Shown here one piece after another: positions 38,986-52,162 of a stretch of DNA of 64,000 nucleotides. Numbering within the stretch: position 1 is the first letter of the stretch; every line of letters starts with the position of its first letter. This DNA comes from Octopus sinensis. Taxonomy: Eukaryota. The stretch covers positions 106,702,001-106,766,000 of the forward strand of contig NC_042997.1 in assembly GCF_006345805.1 (NCBI RefSeq). Reading direction: 5' to 3'. The notes beneath the pieces were generated by a model. The model worked only from the letters and a program-made list of their open reading frames with translations, did no database searches and was not told where the DNA came from. The position numbers and the translations under genes were made by a program.

Positions 38986-41050
38986 TCATCCTGAATGAAA
39001 CTGGGTGTGTGACTACATAGTGGTTTTAAGACAATGTCAATGAGGTTGCTCAGAATATGAGTAGGACAGGCTGGACCAGCTATAATGAGTCTTAGTTTAA
39101 GGTATTTGGGTTGTAGTAGTTTTATGTATTCACTACCTTGTTTTTTATAGCATTTTGTATTTCTTCTGACTTGTGTATTTTAGGTAAGCCATAGAAGTTG
39201 CTGGATTTCGACTCAAAATTGGTAATATAGCCCCTTTCATTAAAAGTGAGGGAGTTATAATGTTTTAAGAGTAAATTATTGAGTTTCTTCATGATGCGGT
39301 GGTCAATATTTGGAGGTATTTCACAGTAGAATGTTGTATCCTTCAATTGATTTTCAGCTAAATCCTGGTAATATTCCATACCCATTATAGCAATGGCACC
39401 CCCTTTATCCACTTGTTTGATGACAGTTGTGTTGTCATTTTTAAGATGTACAAGGGCAGACTTTTCTAGTTTTTGGAATGTTTGGTCTGACGTTGATGCT
39501 ATACCTCAGGAGAAATCTGGAGAGGATAACAATGAACTGATCTAGATGTGTATTTCATCCTTTTGGCAGGTTAAATTTTGATTTATTTTTCACCACAAAT
39601 TTGTCATTCTCATTATTTTTATCTATAAAAAAAAGTCCACAAGTCATATCCGACACAAGTTTTGGATATTTTCCTCTAATTCCTGATGGTTAGCTGTAGG
39701 TCTAGGTTTGAATTTCAGTCCTTTCATCAATAATTGAAGTTTGTCACTGTCTATATTTCTTTTTGACAGATTAATAAATTTTGGGTCTATCCTATCAGTT
39801 GTTCCACAGGTATTTCTTCCTGGACTTTTTCTTTCTCTGGTTTTCACTGTCCTAATCCTAAAAAATAGATTCTTTTTTGTCTATTATTTCTTCTGTTATT
39901 AACGTCTTTTCTCTGGTGAACTTTGTATTTTAGCTGTGGTGTTTGGTTAGGTAGTGGTGTGGGTATATCATTTATATTTCAGTTTGTGAAAATTTTTAAA
40001 GTTTATTTTACAGTCTAGTATGGTTTTTGTTCTGTTCTTAATAGGTGATTTTTGTTGAAGTCTTGAATGTGGTTTCTTCTTTATTTTCCTTCCTCTAATA
40101 TTTTTATCTAATGAATAATTGTTTTGTATGCTAACATTTTGATCAAAGGAATGTTTGTTTTGTTTATGGTATTCTTGTATGTTATGTGTATTGGTATGTT
40201 TCTTTGTATTTTTAAACGATAAAAAGTTCTTACTATAGTTCCTTGTGATTGACTATTTTTGTTGCCATGTGTTTTCATGTATGTTGTGTTGGTTAGGTTG
40301 CTTCCTTATATTTCTCTCATGTGGTACTGAGGTGTCACTACCATAGTTTGCAGCATATTTATCAAGGAGCAATTGTTTCTTTTGCCATAAATGTCTTGAT
40401 TTACTTTCTTCTTTTGTAATATCTTTAATCCACATCTCTTTCATATTCTCAGCTATGTTCCCGTGGCTATTTTAGATATTGTCTTGATAATTTCATTGTC
40501 TACCATTTCGTATTTTGTCTTGAATCAAGAATCTTTACTTAAATTGCTAGAGATGTCTGTCCTCAATTTTGACATAGCGCCCATCTTAGTTTTGTTTCTT
40601 CCTCTGGTTCTCCTATAACTTCTTTAAGAATTTACGGGAAAGTATGGATATGTCTGACTCAATCCAATCTGTGTATATCTCACCATAATTTTTACATTTG
40701 TATGCCTTCCAGAAATTTTGTTTATGTGTATTAAGATGTTTTTTCCATGTCGTACTAATTTGTTTTCTTTTTTGACAGGCTTCTTTTTTTAAATCTGTTT
40801 CATTAAATTCATGTATCCATGCCGGCTATGTTAGGCTTTCTCTCAGAGTTTTTACCACTTCTGATAGGGTTTCAAATAAATCCTTGATTTCTTAATGTAG
40901 ATTTGAACATATATCTTTTGTATCTGTTTTTCCAGTTCCTGTAGGATACTTATTTGTGTTTCCACTATTGATATGTGTTGACAATTTGCATGATATCGCT
41001 TTTAAGATCATGTCTGATTCTGTGGGTCCCATTTGTTGTTTACCAGGCAT
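38986..41050 (-). mobile_element. Degenerate Penelope-like element, N-terminal half of the ORF up to the start of RT
   Basis: FINLSKR...LLMKGLKFKPRP, DKGGAIAIM, FYGLPKIHK and LIIAGPACPTHILSNLIDIVLKPLCSHTPSFIQD are PLE motifs in the expected order, with many stops and frameshifts. Confidence 0.85.
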
Positions 41051-41948
41051 GTTGGCTTATATACAATATAAGCACATATTTTTTTTCCAAATTTGTGTGT
41101 GTATAGAATAATATATCAGGTGAATAAAGTTATAACATGGTCTGGTTTTCATGTTTTTTATTACTGTATTTAAAAAAAAATTGTTTACAATGTCGAAGTG
41201 TAAACAGGGAATTTATTATCGGATTGCTCATGAGTTCACAGATAACAAATTCAAAACACTAATGTTCACCAAATTCCATTGAGCGAACATATTGAAACAT
41301 GTGGTCAGAAAATGTTTCTAATTTTTCCTTTCCACAAACTTCATGACACAGGTGAGGTTGGAAGGAAGATAAAAGAATAATGCTTCATTAAAATATTCAA
41401 ACCTGTTCTGACCAGAAATAATAACAATAATATAACAACCAGTTAATGATGTGGATTAAAAATATCTTTAATATATGAATATAAACAAATTACAGAAGAC
41501 TCCTACCGATTGAAATAAAAACGACCGAAACCAACTAAGTTTGCTCACTCATAAAACCATTACATATAAACCGCAAGCTAATTAGTTAAAATAAAGGTGG
41601 GATCTATGCCAGTAATATCAGTGTGCTTGGCAAACTGTGATGTTTACTGCATGCTGATTGGTCAAAACTGTGTTAAAAAAATTCAAGTTGTCAAAGCCTT
41701 CTAATAGGTATAAAACGGAGGAAATCAGTCATTTTACTACAGTTGTCAAGCACTCAACTCAACTGTCAGTCAATACATTTTGAAATCTGATGATTACTAT
41801 GAACGTATAAAAGTGCCAATTGAACTTTATGAACATTACTAAATATTTCTTTTAATGTTTAACAACCTCAACATTGTAAAGAATTTTTTTTTTAAATACT
41901 ATAATATAAAACATGAAAGCCAGACCATGTTGTAACTTTATTCAACTG

Positions 41949-42022
<74 letters not shown>

Positions 42023-42090
42023 CATATATACAGATACACACATGCACTCACCCCCCCACACACAGACACACACACAAACACATGCATATA

Positions 42091-42480
42091 TAGGCACAGG
42101 AGTGGCTGTGTGATTAGAAGGTTCCCAACCATATGGTTCTAGGTTCAGTCCCACTGTGTGGTACATTGGGCAAGTGTTTTCTACTATAGCCTAAGGCTGA
42201 CCAAAGCCTTGTGAGTAGATTTGGTTGACAGAAACTGAAATAAGCCCGTTGGATGTATATATATGTATATACATATTCATGTATGTATCTGTGTTTGTCA
42301 CCACCACCATTGCTTGACTACTGATGTTGGTGTGTTTACATCTCCATAACTTAGCAGTTTGGCAAAAAGAGAGTGATAGAATAAGTATTAGGCTTACAAT
42401 AAATAAGTCCTGAAGTCAATTTATTCAACTAAAAGTGTCATCCCGCATGGCCACAATCAAATGACTGAAACAAATAAAAG
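42091..42480 (+). mobile_element. SINE family A, diverged
   Basis: Same head, centre and tail as the other copies. Confidence 0.8.
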
Positions 42481-42550
42481 AACATATAAACATGTGTCTA
42501 TATATATATGTATATATGTGTGTGTATGTATATGTATCTGTGTATGTATA

Positions 42551-42600
<50 letters not shown>

Positions 42601-43994
42601 CAAACATTGAGTCACTTTCTTTAGAGTTTTCAAGGTTTACAAAGTGTTAGTGGCTACATAATTAGCAATTATTCCAAGTTAAGTTTACTCAGACTTAAGC
42701 ATGTTAAGCTTAATCATGGCAAGACAATCTGGTATTATCTGTGTAGTAGCCAGTGAATTTTTATCTTTTGGATTAAACTGATTTACAAATAATTAGGTTT
42801 ATAGTTGGAAAATTCAGATTAACTTATGAATAATCACTTCTAAGCTGTTACCAACCAACATGTGAATGAAATTTACAAGTTCAGGGTTAATACACTTCAT
42901 GTGGGTGGAGACTGTTTTAACATGAAGTCTTGTCCATATAGTACTGTATGTTGTTTTGTTATATATTATTTTTTAAGAAACCAAAGACTACAAGAAACAC
43001 TTCACTTTCTACTAGTGAAACTAATATTTTTGGTCAAGTGGTTTTCTCAAAGTATTAACTTGAACCTTTCTGAGTCATTCCATAGTTACTATATCTAATG
43101 CTGCTTTTACTCTCTCTTCTCTCTCTCTCCCCCCCTCTCTTTCCCCCTCTCTCTCTCTCTCTCTGTAATATGCAAACTAATTTTAATGGCTGCTTTTTCA
43201 GAGGGAAGAGTCTCATACCACCTGTTATCATTACTTATTTCTTCAATAACTGACTTTGAAACACCTCTTAGACACCAAACAGTGTCATGGATTTAAGAAA
43301 AAAACTACTTAAGATATCAAGGTAAACAAAAATTAATAACAGCCACATGCACACACATACATATGTACACATGCATGCACAGACACATACGCCTGTATTT
43401 ATTTGTTTTATTTCTTGTTCTCACAACTGATCCTGTACTTGTTAACTTCAATTTTTATCTTGTAAAAATGTTTTAGCTATAAAAAAAATGATATTGATTT
43501 TCAACTTAAGCACATTACGAAAAATTTAATTGGTGAGTTGTAGTTTATTAATTTGATGTCATTACTTGACTAATCCTTATTTAGTCAACACTGGGCGATT
43601 GAAAGCAAATTTGGTTTTGACAGGATTTCAACCCAAAACATAATGCAAGCATTCAATCCACACTTTGCTGTTTTTACCATACCACACAACTCTATTATAT
43701 TTAATTATAAAAACAATGTTAATGATATTTTTAATTAGACTTCATCTCCTATACTGAATCAGGAGAAGGTATAGGGAGTTGTAATGTTATAGTGTCAAAA
43801 TCATTATTTACAAATTTATTGGTATTTCTGTAATAAAAACCAATAATTAATTATTTGTGATAGAAACAGAAATAAGTAAATAAAAATTCAGCTAACTTTA
43901 AGTGAAAGTTTTTATGGCATTTGCAAGACAGTCAGTAAAATTTCAAAAAGTTAAATCTGAATATGAATAATATAGATGGAAAAAAAAACTATTT

Positions 43995-44040
<46 letters not shown>

Positions 44041-45025
44041 TGTGTGTGTGCGTGTGTGTGCGTGCGTGTGTGTGTGTGTGTGCATGTTTTATTATATTTA
44101 TTTTATTTATTGCAATTCAAATAATTATGAATTTTTAAAAAATACATCAGTACAGAGCAAAATGCAAAAAAATCTACACCATATGAATGGTTAGTCTTAA
44201 TGCATAATATCTTGGTCAAGTATCTTCTATTATAGCCCCAGGCTGAGCAATGCCTTGTTATTCAGTTTGGTAGACAGAAACTGAGAGAAGCCCAATCTGT
44301 ATATATAAGTTAGTTGAGGAAAAGAGAAGCCAAATCAATTAAATTAATTATTCACTCTGTGAGGATTAACATGCCTACTGGATCATACCTTGGATCCACA
44401 AAGTACTTCTTCTATCAGTAACTGAGATATAACTGATTTTTCTTCAGTTAATGGAACACTATGCTAGCCAGGTTCCTACATGAAGTGCTGATGAGGTGAA
44501 CACCTGGGTTATATATATCCCCTCAACTGTGTGTGTCTCAACCACCACTTGCCAATCAGGGTTTATTTGTTTACTTCCCCATAATTTAGTGGTTTGGTAG
44601 AAGAGACAGAATAAGTACTAGGTTTAAAAAATAAATACTGGGGTTGATTTGTTTTGCAAAATCTTTCAGCATGGCTGCAATTCAATGATCGAAACAAGTA
44701 AAAGGTATACTAGCAGACATGATGACAAAAGCTTTGCTATAAAGAACAACTTGTGGTATCCCTTGCAGCAATCACTGTATCTCATGCGGTTCTTTCTTTA
44801 GGTATGACACTCATCCTGCTTTAGTAGAAGAGTGTGACTGCACCGGGAGTGAAGACACTGGAAATCTCAACAATGACTGATGTGATGAGGAATCTGTCTG
44901 TCAATGATTGGTTTTTACTTTGTCTTCCAGTCTTCTTGGTTAAAATTAAATCAAATCATATTCATATGAGGGTCATTTTGTCCTGCTTTCAGGCATACCT
45001 TTTCACTTTATACAATGAATATTAA

Positions 45026-45559
45026 CCCTGTTGTTACCATATTTCTTTTGAAATACTCTGCTTTGTTTCAATTATTTTTGAAAATAACGAAGAATTTAGT
45101 GGGTTTCTTTCAGTTTCTGTCTACCAAATCCACTCACAAGGCTTTGGTCAGCCCCAGGCTATAGTAGAAGACACTTGCCTAAGGTGCCATACAGCGTAAA
45201 TGAACCCAGAATCATGTGATTGGTAAGCAAGCTACTTACCACACAGCCACCCCTAACAATTTCTTTTTATACAATTTCTATAAGCTAGTGTTTGGAACAT
45301 AAATTAACAAGAAATTTTGATGAAAGGTGTGTTTATGTTCCCGTAACTTAGTGGTTCGGCAAAAGAGACCGATAGAATAAGTACTAGGCTTACAAAGAAT
45401 AAGTCCTGGGGTCGATTTGCTCGACTAAAGGCAGTGCTCCAGCATGGCCACAGTCAAATGACTGAAACAAATAAAGAGAGACTAATTTAACTCATTTTAA
45501 AACAGAAAGTTTGTATCACAGAACCAAAGGCAGTCTCAGGCAGGTCGGTATCAAAAGGG
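45026..45559. mobile_element. piggyBac-like (TTAA) MITE with two nested SINE fragments
   Basis: TTAA|CCCTGTTGTTACC...GGTATCAAAAGGG|TTAA. The interior matches the copies at 8909 and 30226. Confidence 0.75.
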
Positions 45560-45628
45560 TTAAATACTTACATCACTAGCTTTCTTCATATTAGATGCTA
45601 TGACTTTATAATGATGGACACATTAAAT

Positions 45629-46934
45629 CAGTGGTTCTCAACCAGGATCCATACGGCCCCTGAGGATCTATATAAGATTTTTGGGAGTCCACACACACAC
45701 ACAAAAAAAAATGTTATTTGGGGATCCACAATAGTATTTTAAGATCCCTTGAAAAATTTAGCTTTAAATATATGTATACTCTTTTACTCCTTTACTTGTT
45801 TCAGTCATTTGACTGTGGCCATGCTGGAGCACCACCTTTAGCCGAGCAAATCGACCCTGGGACTTATTCTTTGTAAGCCTAGTACTTATTCTATCGGTCT
45901 CTTTTGCTGGACCGCTAAGTTATGGGGATGTAAACAAACCAGCATCGGTTGTCAATCGATGTTTGGGGTACAAACACAGACTCACAAACATATACACACA
46001 CATACATATATATATATTACTCTTTTACTCTTTTACTGGTTTCAGTCATTTGACTGCGGCCATGCTGGAGCACCACCTTTAATCGAGCATTTCGACCCCA
46101 GGACTTATTCTTTTGTAAGCTTAGTACTTATTCTATCGGTCTCTTTTGCCGAACTGCTAAGTAACGGAGACATAAACACACCAGCATCGGTTGTCAAGCA
46201 ATGCTAGGGGGACAAACACAAACACACAAACATATACACACACATACATATACATATATATACATATATACGACAGGCTTCTTTCAGTTTCCGTCTACCA
46301 AATCCACTCACAAGGCTTTGGTCGGCCCGAGGCTATAGCAGAAGACACTTGCCCAAAATGCCACACAGTGGGACTGAACCCAGAACCATGTGGTTGGTTA
46401 GCAAGCTACTTACCACACAGCCACTCCTGCGCCTATATATATATATATAAAACGGGCTTCTTTCAGTTTCCGTCTACCAAATCCACTCACAAGGCTTTGG
46501 TCGGCCCGAGGCTATATTAGAAGACACTAGCCCAAGGTGCCACGCAGTGGGACTGAACCCAGAATCATGTGGTTGGTAAGCAAGCTACTTACCACTCAGC
46601 CACTTCTGCACCTATTAAAAAAATAAAGTGTCTTGTTCAAGGACACAATGCCTCACTGGGATTTGAACTCACAACCTTACAATCGAGAGCCAAATACCCT
46701 AACCACTAAGCCATGTGCATTCATATTGGTATGCATTGTAAGAAACAATTAGATTTCTTTAATGTTTTATATAGTTCAACCCACAAAAGTTAATATGTGA
46801 TAAAACAAAATAGGAATTTTGAAAGATGTTTCTATAAAACTAGTTTTTTAAACATTGAATGACTATGGGGGGGTCCACCAGAATAAAATAGTAATGAAAA
46901 GGGTCCAGAGGCAAAAAATGGTTGAGAACCCCTG
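45629..46934. mobile_element. hAT-type MITE expanded by four nested SINE insertions
   Basis: Left TIR CAGTGGTTCTCAACC, right TIR GGTTGAGAACCCCTG, 8 bp TSD CATTAAAT/CATTAGAT. The interior aligns with the uninterrupted copy at 26313-26565. Confidence 0.8.
46020..46434 (-). mobile_element. SINE family A, full-length, nested in the hAT MITE
   Basis: Reverse complement of the family A consensus. Neighbouring partial copies lie at 45781-45990 and 46451-46613. Confidence 0.85.
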
Positions 46935-47189
46935 CATTAGATAATGTAGTCTAGTCTTTAAATACACTAAGTTTAAATATTAGATAGAATGAGGATGGTC
47001 AAACCAGGAATTCACTTCATCATAGGTCTGATTTCTGAATTTCTATTTTCCTTACTAAATTTGGACCACCTGATAAAAACTGTTTTTTTTTTTTTGTGTG
47101 ATTTAATTGTCGTAATCGAACTATTCCTGAATAAAGAATGCATCTGAAACAGCTGTAGTGGACTGTTAAACCCATCTGTGTTCTTATAT

Positions 47190-47234
<45 letters not shown>

Positions 47235-48196
47235 TATATACATTCATATACATACACACACACACACATATATATACATATATACGACAGGCTTCTTTCA
47301 GTTTCCGTCTACCAAATCCACTCACAAGGCTTTGGTCGGCCCGAGGCTATAGCAGAAGACACTTGCCCAAAATGCCACACAGTGGGACTGAACCCAGAAC
47401 CATGTGGTTGGTTAGCAAGCTACTTACCACACAGCCACTCCTGCGCCTATATATATATATATAAAACGGGCTTCTTTCAGTTTCCGTCTACCAAATCCAC
47501 TCACAAGGCTTTGGTCGGCCCGAGGCTATATTAGAAGACACTAGCCCAAGGTGCCACGCAGTGGGACTGAACCCAGAATCATGTGGTTGGTAAGCAAGCT
47601 ACTTACCACTCAGCCACTTCTGCACCTATTAAAAAAATAAAGTGTCTTGTTCAAGGACACAATGCCTCACTGGGATTTGAACTCACAACCTTACAATCGA
47701 GAGCCAAATACCCTAACCACTAAGCCATGTGCATTCATATTGGTATGCATTGTAAGAAACAATTAGATTTCTTTAATGTTTTATATAGTTCAACCCACAA
47801 AAGTTAATATGTGATAAAACAAAATAGGAATTTTGAAAGATGTTTCTATAAAACTAGTTTTTTAAACATTGAATGACTATGGGGGGGTCCACCAGAATAA
47901 AATAGTAATGAAAAGGGTCCAGAGGCAAAAAATGGTTGAGAACCCCTGCATTAGATAATGTAGTCTAGTCTTTAAATACACTAAGTTTAAATATTAGATA
48001 GAATGAGGATGGTCAAACCAGGAATTCACTTCATCATAGGTCTGATTTCTGAATTTCTATTTTCCTTACTAAATTTGGACCACCTGATAAAAACTGTTTT
48101 TTTTTTTTTGTGTGATTTAATTGTCGTAATCGAACTATTCCTGAATAAAGAATGCATCTGAAACAGCTGTAGTGGACTGTTAAACCCATCTGTGTT

Positions 48197-48249
<53 letters not shown>

Positions 48250-48286
48250 TCATATACATACACACACACACATATATATACATATA
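46271..48286. repeat. Tandem duplication with a 1014 bp period
   Basis: 46271-47284 repeats at 47285-~48286 and appears identical outside the (TA)n tract. Duplicate ORFs sit at 47012 and 48026, an offset of 1014. Confidence 0.95.
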
Positions 48287-49353
48287 CAAAATATACACAC
48301 TTGCATACAAATATGTATATTCATACATACACACACATAGATGATATTAACCATATGCCAATTTTGTAAAGTACTACTTAGGTGCATATGTGTGTGTGTG
48401 TGTGAGAGAGTGTGTGGATTTATATATATATATATTTATTAGTCTAACTAGCACTAACAAAATCAACACATGGTAAATATTATTACCTTTTTTCTAGGTT
48501 GAGTATTATACACTCTTTCTTTTCCTCTTCCTCTCCTCTCTCTCCTTCTCTCTCTTTTGTGCACACACAGACACACACATGCACATACTCACACATATTC
48601 ACATAGCGAATTTATGTATCCAATTTTCTATAGGTTTCTTTATGTTGCCAATTTGCTTGTTATAATTTTGTATCATGTAACTTTTTTTTTTCATCTGATA
48701 GTCAGGGTGGAAGGCAGTTCCCCTGTCCCTTTACAATTCATCTGCAACAAGTGTGAGGGAGGAAGGTATCTTCTAACTATAGACCTGGCCTGTATGCTTG
48801 CAACAGAGTCTACTTCCAGAAAGGTATTCACTGGTTTTGCACCCAGCTGGTGTATTACAGGATTTATTTAGCCAGGCAACTATCCACAACACCAGTAAAT
48901 ATTTTATTCATTGTCTCTTATATCAGAGACAATAAATTTTCATCCAAACGTGTGGTTGGCTGCAAGCACATATCACTGAAAAGACTGAAGAAGGCCAGAA
49001 TGTGTCTGGCATTCTCACTGGCGGCTGCTGGTTGGCTGATTTTTCATCTTTCTTTGATATTAATTAAGTTTTTAACAAGGCACATCCATAAGAGATGTTA
49101 TCTGAGAACAGTGTTTACACATTAAGTATGATACGTAGATGGCTATACCTTTTAGTATTTTTGATTGGCATATTTGAAGTCAGTTTGATAAGTGCTGTTC
49201 ATGGAAATCAGTTCTGGAGTCACTTTTGTTTCTTACTGCTAATTAAAAATAATGGTAAAGTATACATTGCACGTTAAGTTTTGTCTCTCCTATTTGTTTT
49301 TCCAAGCCAATATGTAATATATAACACATCATGTGTGCACACACACACACACA

Positions 49354-50576
49354 CACGACAGAAGTAAATAGACACTGTTATAATCATTAGAATTTATTTA
49401 AATCTGAAATTATACATTCAAATTATTATAACGTGAATATCTAATATTTAGTAGACATGTCCTTTGCATCTGTCACTGCAAGTACCTTGTTAGGCATGCT
49501 ACTGATCAGATGATGAATATTCTCTTGAAGAATTTTTTCCCAAGTTTCATGCAGTAATCTCAAAAGATCTGGCTTTGAGGAGGCTTTCTCATTTTCACTT
49601 TTACAAAGTTTCTGTCCATTATTCCACAGAGGTTTTCTATAGGGTTCATATCTGGTGACTGGCTTGGCCTTGGAATCTTTTTAATATCATTCTCATCCAA
49701 CAAATCTTGGGTTATTTTAGCTGTGTGACAAGGAGCCCCATCTTCCATAAATAAAGAGTCTTCTTTAATCATTTCACCCCTGGAGAAGATTGGAAGGAGT
49801 CCTTTCTGCAATATGGACACATATTTATCTCAGTTTATGTTTTCCTCTCTCTCCACCAGCTCTGATCAACCATTGCTCCAAATTGCTCCCCAGACTATCA
49901 CAGAATAGCTACCATGTTTCATTGTTGGCTGCAATCTTTTTACATCAAATTCTTGATCACAAAGTCTCCAGACCCATACTTGACCACTGTCAATACAGTG
50001 AATCTGTACTCATCAGAAAAATGACAAAGTCCCAAAATGCTAGTGGTCTCTCCTCCATCTCACTGGCCCAATCTTTCTCCACTTGATATTGGCTGGTCGA
50101 AGAACTGGCTTCCCTCTTGCTTCTCTACCATAGTAGCCAGGTTTGTGAAGATATCTGACCGCTGTTCTGGGACAGACATCAACTTGTTCTATGTCAGAGA
50201 CCTTGCAATGAGGATTATCCTCCACACTTCTCTTAAAACAAAAGGTCCTGTCAGAGAGCCCTTGGTTGACCTGGGCAAGGTGATGTGGACTCCTTCCTCT
50301 CTCTGGTGAATTGCACAATCACTCTATTAACTATAGAAAGTGGAATCTCAAAGTTTTCTGCGATTTTACACTGACTAAGTTCACCTTCAGATTGACCAAC
50401 AATACAGCCTCTTTGAAATTCAGACAGTTCCAAGGCTTCTTTTGTACATGGCATGAATAAACAGTCACATATAGAACTTGAAACATTAAAATGTCAATTA
50501 ATAAAAAATATAAACCATTTCAAGTTAAATACACATAAACCAATGTTTTATGGCGTGTCTATTTACTTCTGTCGTG
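49354..50576 (-). mobile_element. Near full-length degenerate Tc1-family DNA transposon
   Basis: TIRs CACGACAGAAGTAAATAGACAC (49354-49375) and GTGTCTATTTACTTCTGTCGTG (50555-50576) enclose a transposase remnant. Confidence 0.93.
49441..50454 (-). pseudogene. Tc1 transposase pseudogene (frameshifts and stops)
   Basis: Fragments [12 protein letters not shown] (HTH), YLHKPGYYGREARGKP, VWGAIW, FMEDGAPCHTAK, PSQSPDMNPIENL and the C-terminal MSTKY* are typical Tc1 DD34E motifs. Confidence 0.92.
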
Positions 50577-50856
50577 TCTGTGTATATGTATATAAAGACC
50601 AAAGGTCCTTCATGAGTCATAGGCTCAAGGCCAGTTTCACAAATTCTGTGGCATTTATAAGAATGCACTGGACAGGGTATCAGCCTATCATAGGATTATT
50701 TGTTTTTGCCAGTTGAGTGGACTGGAGCAATATGAAATGAAGTGTTTTGCTCAAGAACACAAAACATCACCTGGTCCAGGAATCAAAACCACAATCTTAT
50801 AATCATAAGTGCAACATCCTAACCCTTAAACAATATGCCTTCACTATATATAAATA

Positions 50857-50888
<32 letters not shown>

Positions 50889-52162
50889 CTTCTTTGGCAA
50901 TACCCTGACATGTATATCATGACTTCCATACTTTGAGGGCACTTGTCACCATATCTCTCTCTCTCTCTCTTTACTCAACCATCCCATTTATATTCTCATC
51001 TCTTTCCCTGTGAGTATACCTCGGCACTTCACCACCATCTCTCTCCTGCTCTCTTGCTGTTTTCCTCTCTCTCTCCCCTGCTCTCTTGCTGTTCCCCGCC
51101 TCTCTCTCTCTCTCTCTCTCTGGGTAACCATGTATCTCTTCTACAGCAAGATACCTGTTTCTGCCTCTCTGTCTCTCTGTTACACTCAAAACTTTCATCT
51201 GACACAAGATGCCCCCTCCAACACTCCCTCTCCTCTCAAAGGATCTTTGTCTTGCAAGTTACTTCAGTGTTGGTGCCTCCCAAAAAGCATCTGGTCCACA
51301 CTGTAAAGTGGTTGGTGTTTGGAAGGGCATCTAGCTGTAAAAACCATGCCAAAACTGACCTCGCCTGTGCTTGTGACATGTAAAAAGCACTTTGGCCACT
51401 CTGCTAGGTGGTTTGCATTAGGAAGGGTATCCAGCTGTAAAAATCATGCCAAAACAGACAAAGAAGCCTGGTGCAGGCTCCTGCCTGACCAGCTCCTGTC
51501 AAACTGTCCAACCCATGCCATCATAGAAGGTGGATGTTAAACGATGATGATGATATGTATGTATATTTGTGTGTGTGTGAATAGTTTCCAAATTCATGCA
51601 CAGTAGAATAAGTACCAGGCTTAAAAAATGATGTACTGGGGTCAGTTCATCTGACTAAAAATTCCTCAAGTTGGTGCCCCAGAATGGCCACAATCTGATG
51701 ACCGAAACTAATAAAAGTTAGAAGATTAAAAGAAAAGAAATGATCAATGGTAGTGGTGGTGTGACTAACATTCTGAAAAGAGTTGATAATGGTGATGATG
51801 ACGATGATGATGATGATATAGCGTGTCATTATCAACATTACCATTGTCTGTATATTAAATAATTGCTATTCTTTGTTGTGGCTCGAAGAGCAAATTCATC
51901 TTTTGTTATGACTTCTTTAATAATCTAACAATTCCCATATTAACTTACAAACACAGGTATTTTTCGTTTTCCATGATTTCGCCTATTTTTCCCCCTACTT
52001 CCCAGTCATAAAAAATAAAATAATTATGATAAAAGATCAAAGAAAATATCTTTTGATTTCTCTGTTTTCACTTTACATTTGTGTGTATGTGTGTGTGTGT
52101 GCCTACATACGTACGCACACACACACACACATACACAAAACACACACACACAAACACATATA

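Noticed and set aside
41660-41745. CCAAT-like (GATTGG) plus TATAAAA promoter-like arrangement
   Set aside because: Such motifs are frequent by chance in AT-rich DNA, and no downstream gene is evident.
43205-43327. Possible first coding exon (MDLRKKLLKIS|GTAAAC)
   Set aside because: Too short, with a weak donor and no downstream partner exon identified.
45959-46520. Recurrent ORFs with MWLVSKLLTTQP, EDTCPRCHAVGLNPEPCGW or AVFLQLDALPNANH peptides, which resemble a gene family
   Set aside because: They are read-throughs of SINE family A and RTE 3' UTR copies. The frames and stops vary from copy to copy.
48557-49277. Cluster of overlapping 60-104 aa ORFs in unique DNA
   Set aside because: No single long frame or recognisable motif. 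The 48557 ORF starts in a microsatellite.
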